Assembly: GCA_032718475.1 (NCBI GenBank)
Contig: JAUCBJ010000174.1
Location: 1-64,000 of the forward strand
Direction: 5' to 3'
Length of the DNA: 64,000 nt
Origin: Nemertoderma westbladi
Taxonomy: Eukaryota; Animalia; Xenacoelomorpha
The first letter of the stretch is position 1. Each line of letters begins with the position of its first letter. Below the pieces are notes generated by a model. That model did not search any database. It had not been told where the DNA came from and saw nothing but the letters and a program-made list of their open reading frames with translations. Position numbers and translations under genes: made by a program. Shown here in pieces: positions 39,025 through 50,700 of this stretch.

Positions 39025-39564
39025 GTGGAATTCATTGTATCCATTGTCCTCTGCACAACTTGCGGTTTCCGTGGACATTCCGCTAGCCCCCGCTGTAATA
39101 TAAAATGTCCTACGAAGGATGTTACCGCTATGGGAAATATGGTTATGTTCGAAACCTACGCAAACAACCACGTAAAGACCAAAGTGTGGAGAAGCGCTCG
39201 AAATATCGCACAAGAGATGGCGTGCGGGTACTTTTCGTTCCCGGAACGCCTCCATACGACAGCGACGCTACCGTTTCATTACGTGGATCTGTTACTAAGC
39301 GCTGGATTATTCGGCCCATTCGAGATCCTTAGGCGTTTATATTCATATAAGGAAGAGTTCGGTGACGGAAAGTGGTTCCTAGAGGCACGCACCACTGAGT
39401 TAGAAAGACGAACGGATATGATCCCGCTACCATCGAAAGGAAGAGCCGCCAGGAGACAAGCTGAAACGTTGCTCACGATGGATGTTGATGCTCCCCTACC
39501 AGCACTGGCGATCGACGAGAGTCGTCGGGCGAAGAGGAGAAAGGCGTATCAGAGCAAGAAATAG
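39025..39564 (+). pseudogene. Zinc-knuckle accessory ORF homologous to 1-1062, degenerate upstream
   Basis: CTTCGFRGH..C..FETYANNH..CGYFSF versus CHYCQLKGH..C..WEVNADLH..EGVYAF; basic tail RRAKRRKAYQSKK; precedes a PPT and LTR. Confidence 0.55.
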
Positions 39565-39744
39565 AGGACCAGGATATTCCAGAGACATTTATATCGAACA
39601 TTTATTTTTATATATTTACATAAACTGACTCTAGAAAAAATTAATCAAGACTATGCAATATTAAAATTTTGGGTTTTTTATATGGGAAATGACCTACGCA
39701 AACTTGATCTACCGATAGACCTCACGAAGGTCATTGGGGGGGAC

Positions 39745-40714
39745 TGTTCGCGGTATTTCAACTTTTCTTAACGCGAGTTTAATATTTTTTGGATTTATTT
39801 TAAATGAATATTCCGATATCACTACTGGGTGCGGGAACATGGGATTTGGGCACATTCAATGGACTTTGGGCGATTTATGGGCGAATATTGGGGCGACTTA
39901 CGGGGTACGGGACTCATTTCATGTATTTAAGGGCCAGGAGTGGGAGGCAAAGTTAAGCAGTATTCAGGTTTCCCTGATTACTATTAGGCCTAGCCAACTT
40001 CCTGCTGCCTGTAGAGGTGGATTTGGTAACTCGCTAGGTCTAAAGGACAAGGACTGCCCTTAGCGGTCCCTGGCCAACAGCAGTTATTACGAGCCTGAAT
40101 AAGGACTCGGAAAGTCTGCTGCTTGTGTCAGGGATTTGCGACGGGAACCGACGACAGACCCCTAGCCAAGCCGTACCGCTTTCCTGATGACCGATCCCTT
40201 CGGGGTTCGGGAAGGGTGGGACGGACACGCAACAGGGTCTACCGACTGGACCGACCCTTAGCCAAGCCGTACCGCTTTCCTGATGACCGATCCCTTCGGG
40301 GTTCGGGAAGGGTGGGACGGACACGCAACAGGGTCGACCGACACCGACACTACGGTACCGAGACTAGGACCGAGGGAAAATTGGGGAAAATTAGTTAGGT
40401 TAAAATCTGAGCGAACAGTGGGTAATTAAATAATGTACTGTAGGGATTTATATTGTCGTGTTATATTATTGTGATTATTTGGTGTATATTGGTTTGGGGA
40501 AGCCCAACTTATTGTCAATCAAGATTCAACCGTAGGGAAGTGACATTAAAGAGTATATCCAACCAATGAAACTTTTCTCAACCGCAATCTTGCATTTAAG
40601 AACGTATTCCTTCTCCACTACCAATATCCGGTGACTGGCCGGGATTCCGTGGTCTGAAAAGTTCCGCCTCCAGCATCGGCGTTTTCCCCCATGGTGTTGG
40701 GAATAACGGCAACA
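39745..40714 (+). mobile_element. 3' LTR of a further LTR element
   Basis: PPT ggggggggac then TGTTCGCG (reverse complement of the CGCGAACA ends of the other LTRs); ends ggcAACA where the host LINE resumes. Confidence 0.65.
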
Positions 40715-42176
40715 CTTTGCGAAGTACCTTCCTGTATTGGGTCCTCATTTTCACCATAGCAGCGTTCGACGTTGCATCACCCTTATTCTTAAAGCTTCCC
40801 AGTGCCTGCCTAAAGGCATCTCTAGCCACCGCACAGTTTTCATTAAACCAAGGGGCATTATTACAGGCACGGTAAACACCATTACTATCAACTTTAAAAT
40901 AAATATCGGGTACATTACTTAAAATATTGGTTAACCCCGTTACGGCAGCATCAACCTTACTGCAGGTAAGCGGTTCCATACATAAGACATTGTCCAACAC
41001 CTTGTCAAATTTCAGCTGTGTTGCTTCTGAGTTTAATGCATCTCTAAAGTCCCCACTTTTTGTTTGCAGAAATTTGTATTTTCGGCTATTGGCTAACTTA
41101 CCAGCAGTAACATTGGTTCTATTAGCATAAGATTCACTGCTACACAGTAGTATTCACTGCCACTAATGTTAAAAGCGGCTGATACGGTACAATGAGGCGA
41201 TAAACTGTTAGGGTCGCCTATACTAAAATATTTGCAGGCCGTGATCATTGAAATATTACCCAAAATGTAATCTATTGTAGACTTACGAACCCCATGCCTC
41301 CCTCCGTCACTATAATATGTAAAGTTACCCACACCCTTATCCGCTCCCACACGACCATTTAATATCTTTAAGTTGCTAGACCGACAGAGAGAAATCAGTT
41401 TCTCACCATGTCTGTTAGTAATCGAATCCCTATTGGAACGGATCTTAGTATCATTTGGCCAATCATTATCATCAAAAACGTATTCATCCGGTAATAAATC
41501 ATTAAAACCAGTAAACAAAGAATCATGACAGACATAATCTAATAGCACACCAGTTCTTGCATTTAAATCTCCAACTATTAAAAAATCAGTAGTATCAACA
41601 TTCAGGTATAAAGAAACACCTAGAATTTTATCAAACAAACAACCAGAATCATTAAAATAGCTAGGAGAATTATGAGATGGAATATACGCAGCACAGATAA
41701 TTAAGTCCTTATGTATTCTTGAGTTCGGTTTACCTACAAATTTAAGCCATAATAAATCTTCACTTGTCACGTTATTCAGAAACACAGCATCATTACCGAG
41801 CGCTTCAGATATATAAACAGTTACACCCCCACTATATCTTTTAGCATATCTATGTTTATATTTCCTACAAACACTAAATTCCTTATATCCCCCAATGCCA
41901 ATATCACGAGGATTGTTTGGGGCCTGCCAAGTTTCCACACAAACGAAAATGTCATGTTTTTTAATTGTTTGACAGAAGTCAGGATCGGCAATCGCCGTAT
42001 TTATACCTTCTATGTTTAGCAAGCCAACCTTCAGCATATTTTTATCAGTTCCTGCTGTTAGGAGACCATCTCTTTCAAATAACCTAGCAGGAATAGAACC
42101 GTTGCAGGCAGAAGCGCTGACACCAAAGAAAGTCTCAATAAATGGAGATTCCCTTGATTGACTAAGCACTAATGGG

Positions 42177-45100
42177 CCCATGTGAAGAATAGACTTTCTG
42201 CAGTTATATTTCACTTTGCAGTTACCCCCATGTGAAAAATACCAGACTTTCTGCTGTTATATTTCACTTTGCAGTTACCTCCATATGAAGAATACCAGAC
42301 ATTCTGCAGTTATATTTCACTTTGCAGTTACCCCCATGTGAAGAATAGACTTTCTGCAGTTATAATTCACTTTGCAGTTACCCCCATGTGAAAAATACCA
42401 GACTTTCTGCTGTTATATTTCACTTTGCAGTTACCTCCATATGAAGAATACCAGACATTCTGCAGTTATATTTCACTTTGCAGTTACCCCCATGTGAACA
42501 ATACCAGACTTTCTGCCGTTATATTTCACTTTGCAGTTACCCCCATCTGAAGAATACCAGACTTTCTCCCGTTATATTTCACTTTGCAGTTAATCCCATG
42601 AGAAGAATACCAGGCTTTCTCCCGTTATATTTCACTTTACAGTTACCCCCATGTGAAGAATACCAGACTTTCTGCCGTTATATTTCACTTTGCAGTTACC
42701 CCCATCTGAAGAATACCAGACTTTCTCCCGTTATATTTCACTTTGCAGTTAATCCCATGAGAAGAATACCAGACTTTCTGCAGTTATATTTCACTTTGCA
42801 GTTACCCCCATCTGAAGAATACCAGACTTTCTCCCGTTATATTTCACTTTGCAGTTACCCCATGTGAAGAATACCAGACTTTCTGCAGTTATATTTCACT
42901 TTGCAGTTACCCCCATGTGAAGAATACCAGACTCTCTGGCGTTATATTTCACTTTGCAGTTACCCCCATCTGAAGAATCCCAGACTTTCTCCCGTTATAT
43001 TTCACTTTGCAGTTAATCCCATGAGAAGAATACCAGGCTTTCTCCCGTTATATTTCACTTTACAGTTACCCCATGTGAAGAATATCAGACTTTCTGTCGT
43101 TATATTTCACTTTACAGTTACCCCATGTGAAGAATATCAGTCTTTCTGCCGTTATATTTCACTTTGCAGTTAATCCCATGAAAGAATACCAGACTTTCTC
43201 CCGTTATATTTCACTTTACAGTTACCCCCATCTGAAGAATACCAGACTTTCTGCCGTAATATTTCACTTTGCAGTTACCCCATGTGAAGAATACCAGACT
43301 TTCTCCCGTTATATTTCACTTTGCTAATCTCTAAAACTCGGCCAATGCATCAATTGGTGGAGTAGGAATTCTGCTAAGCCCATTTGCACTTAAGACCCTA
43401 AACAACATCGAATCTATAAATTCCAGGGTTATGATCGCAACATTTGATGGGAATCCCAAGACAACAGTTATATGTTGCTACAGTCCAACCAATGCATCAG
43501 AGCCAGAACAAGCAGTCAAGTTTTATGAAGAACTGACTGGAGTTATTAAGGACATCCCGAAACACAATGTTAAAGTCATTGCTGGTGACCTGAATGCGCA
43601 AATTGGCCCAGAAGACATCAAGGGTTACACCTATAACACCAGTTCTAACAGAAATGGGTACTTACTTTTAGACCTAATGGAAGAATGTGAATTGATACCA
43701 ACAAACAACACATTCGAAAAGAGTAAGGGGAAGCTATGGACCTTTCAATACCCTAATGGAACCAAAGCACAACTGGATTACATCCTTATAAACAAAAAGT
43801 GGAGAAATAGCATGATCAACTGCGAGGCATACAGCTCGTTCAACCTAATTGGTTCGGACCACAGAATTGTGACTGCAGAGATCAGACTCAGTTTGAGAGC
43901 CAGCAAACCCAGGACAAGCAAGCAAATCAACTATGACTGGGAGAAACTCAGAACTGACAATGCTGTAAAGGATGCTTATACAGTAGAAGTTCAAAACCGC
44001 TTTGAAGCACTTCAGTCAATGGATGAAGACCAATCCACCGATTCAATATACCAGAATATAATAACAGCCCACAAGGAATCAGCTAAGTGGCATATCCCCC
44101 AGAAACCTAAACGAAAACAGTATGTGCCATGGCAAAACTCTGAGGTTACTTGTAAGAGAGAAGATCTTAAGATAGCCTACAAAGTTAAAACCGAACAACC
44201 AACAACCGAAAACATTAACAAGGTTGAGAAAGCTAAGGACGATCTTAAATTGGCCTACAACATCAGCCAGGAAAAGTACATACAGGATAAAACTGAAGCA
44301 ATTACAACTGCTCACATACAGCAACAATCAAGACTTACCTGGCAAACTGTAAATGAGGTATCTGGTCGGAAAAGTTGTGCAAAGGGGCGCCTCAATCCGA
44401 TAGTCCTGAAGAACGTGTTGGGAAGTGGAAAAATCACTTCAGCAACTTGCTTGGGCAGCCACCAAACATCGAGGTCAGCCCTACAAGGAAAATATATGAC
44501 AAGACACTACCTATAGAAACAGGGGACTTCACACCTGCCGAACTCCAAAGAAGCATTAAAAGCATGTCCAATAATAAAGCGAGTGGATTAGATGAAATCC
44601 CAGCGGAGGTATGGAAAACCGGAGTGCTAAATAGACCATTATTGAATGTTTGCAACCGGATGTTAAAAGGGGAAAAGCCACCACCAATTTGGACTAAAGG
44701 TCAACTAAAGCCTCTCCCCAAGAAAGGAGACCTCGGCATACCAACAAACTATCGTGGGATCTGTCTGCTTGTGGTAGCTGCCAAAATATACAATAAAATG
44801 ATTCTATATAGGATTAGGCCTCACATAGAGAAACTACTGCGTAAGAGCCAAAACGGATTTCGACCAAGTAGATAAACAATAGCTCAGATACTTACACTAC
44901 GGAGTCTGATTGAAGGAATTAAGTCAAAGAATCTCCCTGCAGTCATGACTTTTGTGGACTTCAAGAAGGCATTCGACTCCATCCATAGAGGTAAAATGCT
45001 TGAAATCCTAAGAGCTTATGGAATACCAGAAGTAATTGTTGCTGGCATTGGATTGTTATATTGTGACACAAAAGCGCAGGTACTCTCACCAGATGGTGAA

Positions 45101-46317
45101 ACTGAGTTTTTCTCAATCCTGGCTGGCGTACTGCAAGGTGACACATTAGCACCATTACTATTTGTAATTGTGCTGGATTACGCAATGAGGACGGCCACAA
45201 AGGGTGAAGATCTGGGATTCACACTTCAAGAACGCAGAAGTAGTAGATATCCGGCAACTACAGTCACAGACACCGACTTTGCGGATGACATCGCCCTGCT
45301 CTCTAATACGCTAGCGGATGCACAGCATCTACTAAATAAAATGGAGAGGGCTGCTAAGGAGGTTGGATTGCATATAAATGCTACCAAGACCGAATTAATG
45401 ACCTTTAATGTTGATGGAAACTTGACAACCATTGATAATAATCAACTAAGGAAGGTCGATGACTTCCAGTACCTTGGATCATGGATAGAGAGTAGCAAAA
45501 AGGACATAGAAGTTAGGAAAGCAAAGGCTTGGGTAGCTCTATCAAAAATGGATACCATCTGGAAATCAGATCTTTCCAGTCACCTGAAGACTAAGTTCTT
45601 TCGAGCCACAGTGGAAAGTGTATTTTTATATGGGGGTGAGACCTGGACACTGACTAAATCACTTGAACAACGAATTGATGGTTGCTACACAAGACTACTA
45701 AGGGCAGCCCTAAACATCAGCTGGAGACAACACATTACAAACGCCGAGCTTTATGGTACAATACCACCTGTATCAACCACCCTCCATGAACGCAGATTAA
45801 GATTCAGTGGGCACTGCTGGCGAAGTAAAGACAAGGTCATACCAGATCTACTTATCTGGCAACCAACTCATGGAAAGCGTAGTCGTGGACGACCTGCCAT
45901 AACATATATAGATCAACTTGAAAGGGATACTGAACTTGGGAGAAACGAAATTGCGACAACTATGGAGAATCGGGAAGCCTGGAAGGATCTCATTTCCACT
46001 GTCCGAGTTCGCTCGACCTAGTAGTAGTAGTATTTCACTTTGCAGTTAATCCCATGAGAAGAATACCAGGCTTTCTCCCGTTATATTTCACTTTACAGTT
46101 ACCCCATGTGAAGAATACCAGACTTTCTCCCATTATATTTCACTTTGCAGTTAATCCAATGAGAATAATACCAGACTTTCTCCCGTTATATTTCACTTTA
46201 CAGTTACCCCATGTGAAGAATACCAGACTTTCTCCCGTTATATTTCACTTTGCCGTTACCCCCATGTGAAGAATACCAGACTTTCTCACGTTATATTTCA
46301 CTTTGCAGTTACCCTCA
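42177..46317. repeat. 53-bp satellite (about 27 copies) split by an RTE insertion
   Basis: ttacccccatgtgaagaataccagactttctgccgttatatttcactttgcag in tandem at 42177-43324 and 46031-46317. Confidence 0.95.
43325..46030 (+). mobile_element. 5'-truncated RTE-clade LINE (APE-RT) with one frameshift and one premature stop
   Basis: YSPT, GDLNA, QLDYIL, SDH; QNGFR, FVDFKKAFDS, GVLQGDTLAP, FADD; (tag)4 tail; 13-bp TSD tatttcactttgc. Confidence 0.93.
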
Positions 46318-46362
46318 TATAATCATTGGATTCTCTCGCTGCCTGCTGGTCTACAATATAAT

Positions 46363-47605
46363 ATGGATAGAAGAAAGTCCACCGATACAACGAAGAAACA
46401 ACAGGTTAACATAAACGCGCTACAAACGGATGCTCATTCCTCGCAGACGAGGGGTAAATCAGGTTCACTACAAAGGAACACTAAGATTAATAAGATAACC
46501 ATAGCACGGGATATTGCACGGGACGATGGGTTTACCGAAATCGAAGTTAACTGCTCTGGTTCGAACTGTGACGTCTCAATGATTTGTATAGCTAGAGAAG
46601 GGACCGAATTCGGCCGAATCGATTTTTATTGTGGCACATGCGTGAGCCAACGTCTAGCTGGTCTCGCTGCCGAACTAGAGAAACACGAGACGCGTGTATG
46701 TGATAATCTGTTGGAGATGCAACAACAATTGGACTCTATCACCGGTAGAACCAATAAACTGGAAAAACGGGTTAATGATAACAGAGACGCAACATTAACC
46801 AGAGTAAAGGAACTTCGGGTTGAACTTGAAACAAACACTGACGATAACATGAAGAGGATCTCAAACCTTGAAACTTCTGTATCAGAATTCAACAATGCAT
46901 GTACAACAGCGGAAGTGGAACCTGATATCGGAGGTGTATGGAACAAAGTATCCTACTCTTCAAAGGTTAAATCCAACAAGAAAGTGCCAAACCTTGCAGC
47001 GCTATCAAAGCAAATACAACACGAAGAAGCAGAACACAACAAACGTAAACTTAATCTCGTAATAAAAGGTTGCGATCTGCCACCAGAACGCGACGTTAAA
47101 GATGCTGTAATTGACATAGCTAGCGCCATTAATGTTGATCTAGTTAGGGTGGAGACTATTACAAGGAATACTGCAGAACAGTGGTCGCCCGAGACCAATA
47201 GTTATTACTCTATCCCAGGAGAAACGCCAGGCTCTCCTACGGAATGCCCGGGGACTCCGCAACATAGAGCAGTACAAGAGAGTATATATCTCCACTGATT
47301 ACACACCCGAAGAAAGTCGACTTCAGTTCGAGTTACGAGAGGAGCTCCGGTCTCGGACAGCTGCTCACCCAGATAAACGTTGGATTATCCAACGCAGTAC
47401 CGTAGTGGAAGCTACCTTTCAAAGATCAGACCGATCTGTCCGGCAATATCCTGTGGCAGGTGATATGGACAACGCAACCGAGCCTGTACAGAACCCGAAA
47501 ACTATAGACCTTACGACATCACCTCCTCATAAAGCCACCCATTCATATTCCGAACTACAATTTCGAACCAGAAAGAGTTCGGGAATATCCACGCAGACAG
47601 ACTGA
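46363..47605 (+). pseudogene. L2/CR1-type LINE ORF1 (zinc finger, coiled coil, RRM-like) with one frameshift near 47165
   Basis: C..C..C..FYCGTC; heptad region; KRKLNLVIKG; second frame RPRPIVITL..LRNARGLRN..YKRVYISTDYT..LREELR. Confidence 0.75.
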
Positions 47606-47701
47606 CAACCACCTACATGCACAGCCGGGACACTGAAGGTATCCCTGTCACTTGTAAGTTTCAACCATACAATCAGTACCATACACTTTGACAATATACC
47701 C

Positions 47702-50700
47702 GGTAATGGCAATAACGATGGTATCAATAATGTAAACAGTCCCGATACCGATGATTATATATCCGGTACCGGCAGTAATGATATTGTCAATAATGTAGAC
47801 AGTTCTGGAAATGTTAGTGATTATAAATCAACCTGTAATGAAAGTGTCAATAATGTAAACAGTCTTGTTACCGGTGATTATATATCCGGTACCGGCAGTA
47901 ATGATATTGTCAATAATGTAGACAGTTCTGGAAATGTTAGTGATTATAAATCAACCTGTAATGAAAGTGTCAATAATGTAAACAGTCTTGTTACCGGTGA
48001 TTATATATCCGGTACCGGCAGTAATGACATTGTCAATAATGTAGACAGTTCTGGAAATGTTAGTGATTATAATTCAGCCTGTAATGAAAGTGTCAATAAT
48101 GTAAACAGTCTCGTTACCAACGATTATATATCCGGTACCGGCAGTAATGACATTGTCAATAATGTAGACATTTCTGGAAATGTTAGTGATTATACTTCAG
48201 CCTGTAATGAAAGTGTCATTGATGTAAACAGTCCCGATACCGATGATTATATATCCGGTACCGGCAGTAATAACATTGTCAATAATGTAGACATTTCTGG
48301 AAATGTTAGTGATTATACTTCAGCCTGTAATGAAAGTGTCATTGATGTAAACAGTCCCGATACCGATAATTATATATCCGGTACCGGTAGTAATGATATT
48401 GTCAATAATGTAGACAGTTCTGGAAATATTAGTGATTATAAATCAACCTGTAATGAAAGTGTCAATAATGTAAACAGTCTCGTTACCAACGATTATATAT
48501 CCGGTACCGGCAGTAATGACATTGTCAATAATGTAGACATTTCTGGAAATGTTAGTGATTATACTTCAGCCTGTAATGAAAGTGTCATTGATGTAAACAG
48601 TCCCGATACCGATAATTATATATCCGGTACCGGTAGTAATGATATTGTCAATAATGTAGACAGTTCTGGAAATATTAGTGATTATAATTCAGCCTGTAAT
48701 GAAAGTGTCAATAATGTAAACAGTCCCGATACCGATGATTATATATCCGGTACCGGCAGTAATAACATTGTCAATAATGTAGACATTTCTGGAAATGTTA
48801 GTGATTATACTTCAGCCTGTAATGAAAGTGTCATTGATGTAAACAGTCCCGATACCGATAATTATATATCCGGTACCGGTAGTAATGATATTGTCAATAA
48901 TGTAGACAGTTCTGGAAATATTAGTGATTATAAATCAACCTGTAATGAAAGTGTCAATAATGTAAACAGTCTCGTTACCGACGATTATATATCCGGTGCC
49001 GGCAGTAATGATATTGTCAATAATGTAGACATTTCTGGAAATGTTAGTGATTATAAATCAACCTGTAATGAAAGTGTCAATAATGTAAACAGTCTCGTTA
49101 CCAACGATTATATATCCGGTACCGGCAGTAATAACATTGTCAATAATGTAGACAGGTCTGGAAATGTTAGTGATTATAATTCAGCCTGTAATGAAAGTGT
49201 CAATAATGTAAACAGTCTCGTTACCGACGATTATATATCCGGTACCGGCAGTAATAACATTGTCAATAATGTAGACAGGTCTGGAAATGTTAGTGATTAT
49301 AATTCAGCCTGTAATGAAAGTGTCAATAATGTAAACAGTCTCGTTACCAACGATTATATATCCGGTACCGGCAGTAATAACATTGTCAATAATGTAGACA
49401 GGTCTGGAAATGTTAGTGATTATAATTCAGCCTGTAATGAAAGTGTCATTAATGTAAACAGTCCCGATACCAATGATTATATATCCGGTACCGGCAGTAA
49501 TGACATTGTCAATAATGTGGACGGGTCTGGAAATGTTAGTGATTATAAATCAACCTGTAATGAAAGTGTCAATAATGTCAACAGTCTCGTTACCGATGAT
49601 TATATATCCGGTGCCGGCAATAATGATATTGTCAATAATGTAGACAGGTCTGGAAATGTTAGTGATTATAAATCAACCTGTAATGAAAGTGTCAATAATG
49701 TAAACAGTCTTGTTACCGGTATATATCCGGTACCGGCAGTAATGATATTGTCAATAATGTAGACAGGTCTGGAAATGTTAGTGATTATAAATCAACCTGT
49801 AATGAAAGTGTCAATAATGTCAACAGTCTCGTTACCGATGATTATATATCCGGTGCCGGCAATAATGATATTGTCAATAATGTAGACAGGTCTGGAAATG
49901 TTAGTGATTATAAATCAACCTGTAATGAAAGTGTCAATAATGTCAACAGTCTCGTTACCGATGATTATATATCCGGTGCCGGCAATAATGATATTGTCAA
50001 TAATGTAGACAGGTCTGGAAATGTTAGTGATTATAAATCAACCTGTAATGAAAGTGTCAATAATGTAAACAGTCTTGTTACCGGTGATTATATATCCGGT
50101 GCCGGCAGTAATGATATTGTCAATAATGTAGACATTTCTGGAAATGTTAGTGATTATAAATCAACCTGTAATGAAAGTGTCAATAATGTAAACAGTCTCG
50201 TTACCAACGATTATATATCCGGTACCGGCAGTAATAACATTGTCAATAATGTGGACAGTTCTGGAAATGTTAGTGATTATAATTCAGCCTGTAATGAAAG
50301 TGTCATTAATGTAAACAGTCCCGATACCAATGATTATATATCCGGTACCGGCAGTAATGACATTGTCAATAATGTGGACGGGTCTGGAAATGTTAGTGAT
50401 TATAAATCAACCTGTAATGAAAGTGTCAATAATGTCAACAGTCTCGTTACCGATGATTATATATCCGGTGCCGGCAATAATGATATTGTCAATAATGTAG
50501 ACAGGTCTGGAAATGTTAGTGATTATAAATCAACCTGTAATGAAAGTGTCAATAATGTAAACAGTCTTGTTACCGGTGATTATATATCCGGTACCGGCAG
50601 TAATGATATTGTCAATAATGTAGACAGGTCTGGAAATGTTAGTGATTATAATTCAGCCTGTAATGAAAGTGTCATTAATGTAAACAGTCCCGATACCAAT

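Larger units (their letters stand above)
36600..42177 (-). mobile_element. RTE-X-like LINE ORF2 (APE endonuclease, RT, C-terminal zinc finger), disrupted, with nested insertions
   Basis: NIEG, VETW, GDLNARTG, STIDY (41093-42177); GVRQGECLSPLLF, LLYAND (38252-38665); FRCSSHALLIESGR..RICPVC..EDEYHFLLVC (36684-37181). Confidence 0.88.

Noticed and set aside
40184-40215. Hammerhead ribozyme (CTGATGA-stem-GAA)
   Set aside because: GAAG instead of GAAA and no stem I or NUH site can be drawn; a single hairpin explains the pairing
42478-43327. Repetitive ORFs in the 53-bp satellite
   Set aside because: Unit length is not a multiple of 3; the ORFs arise from cycling through frames
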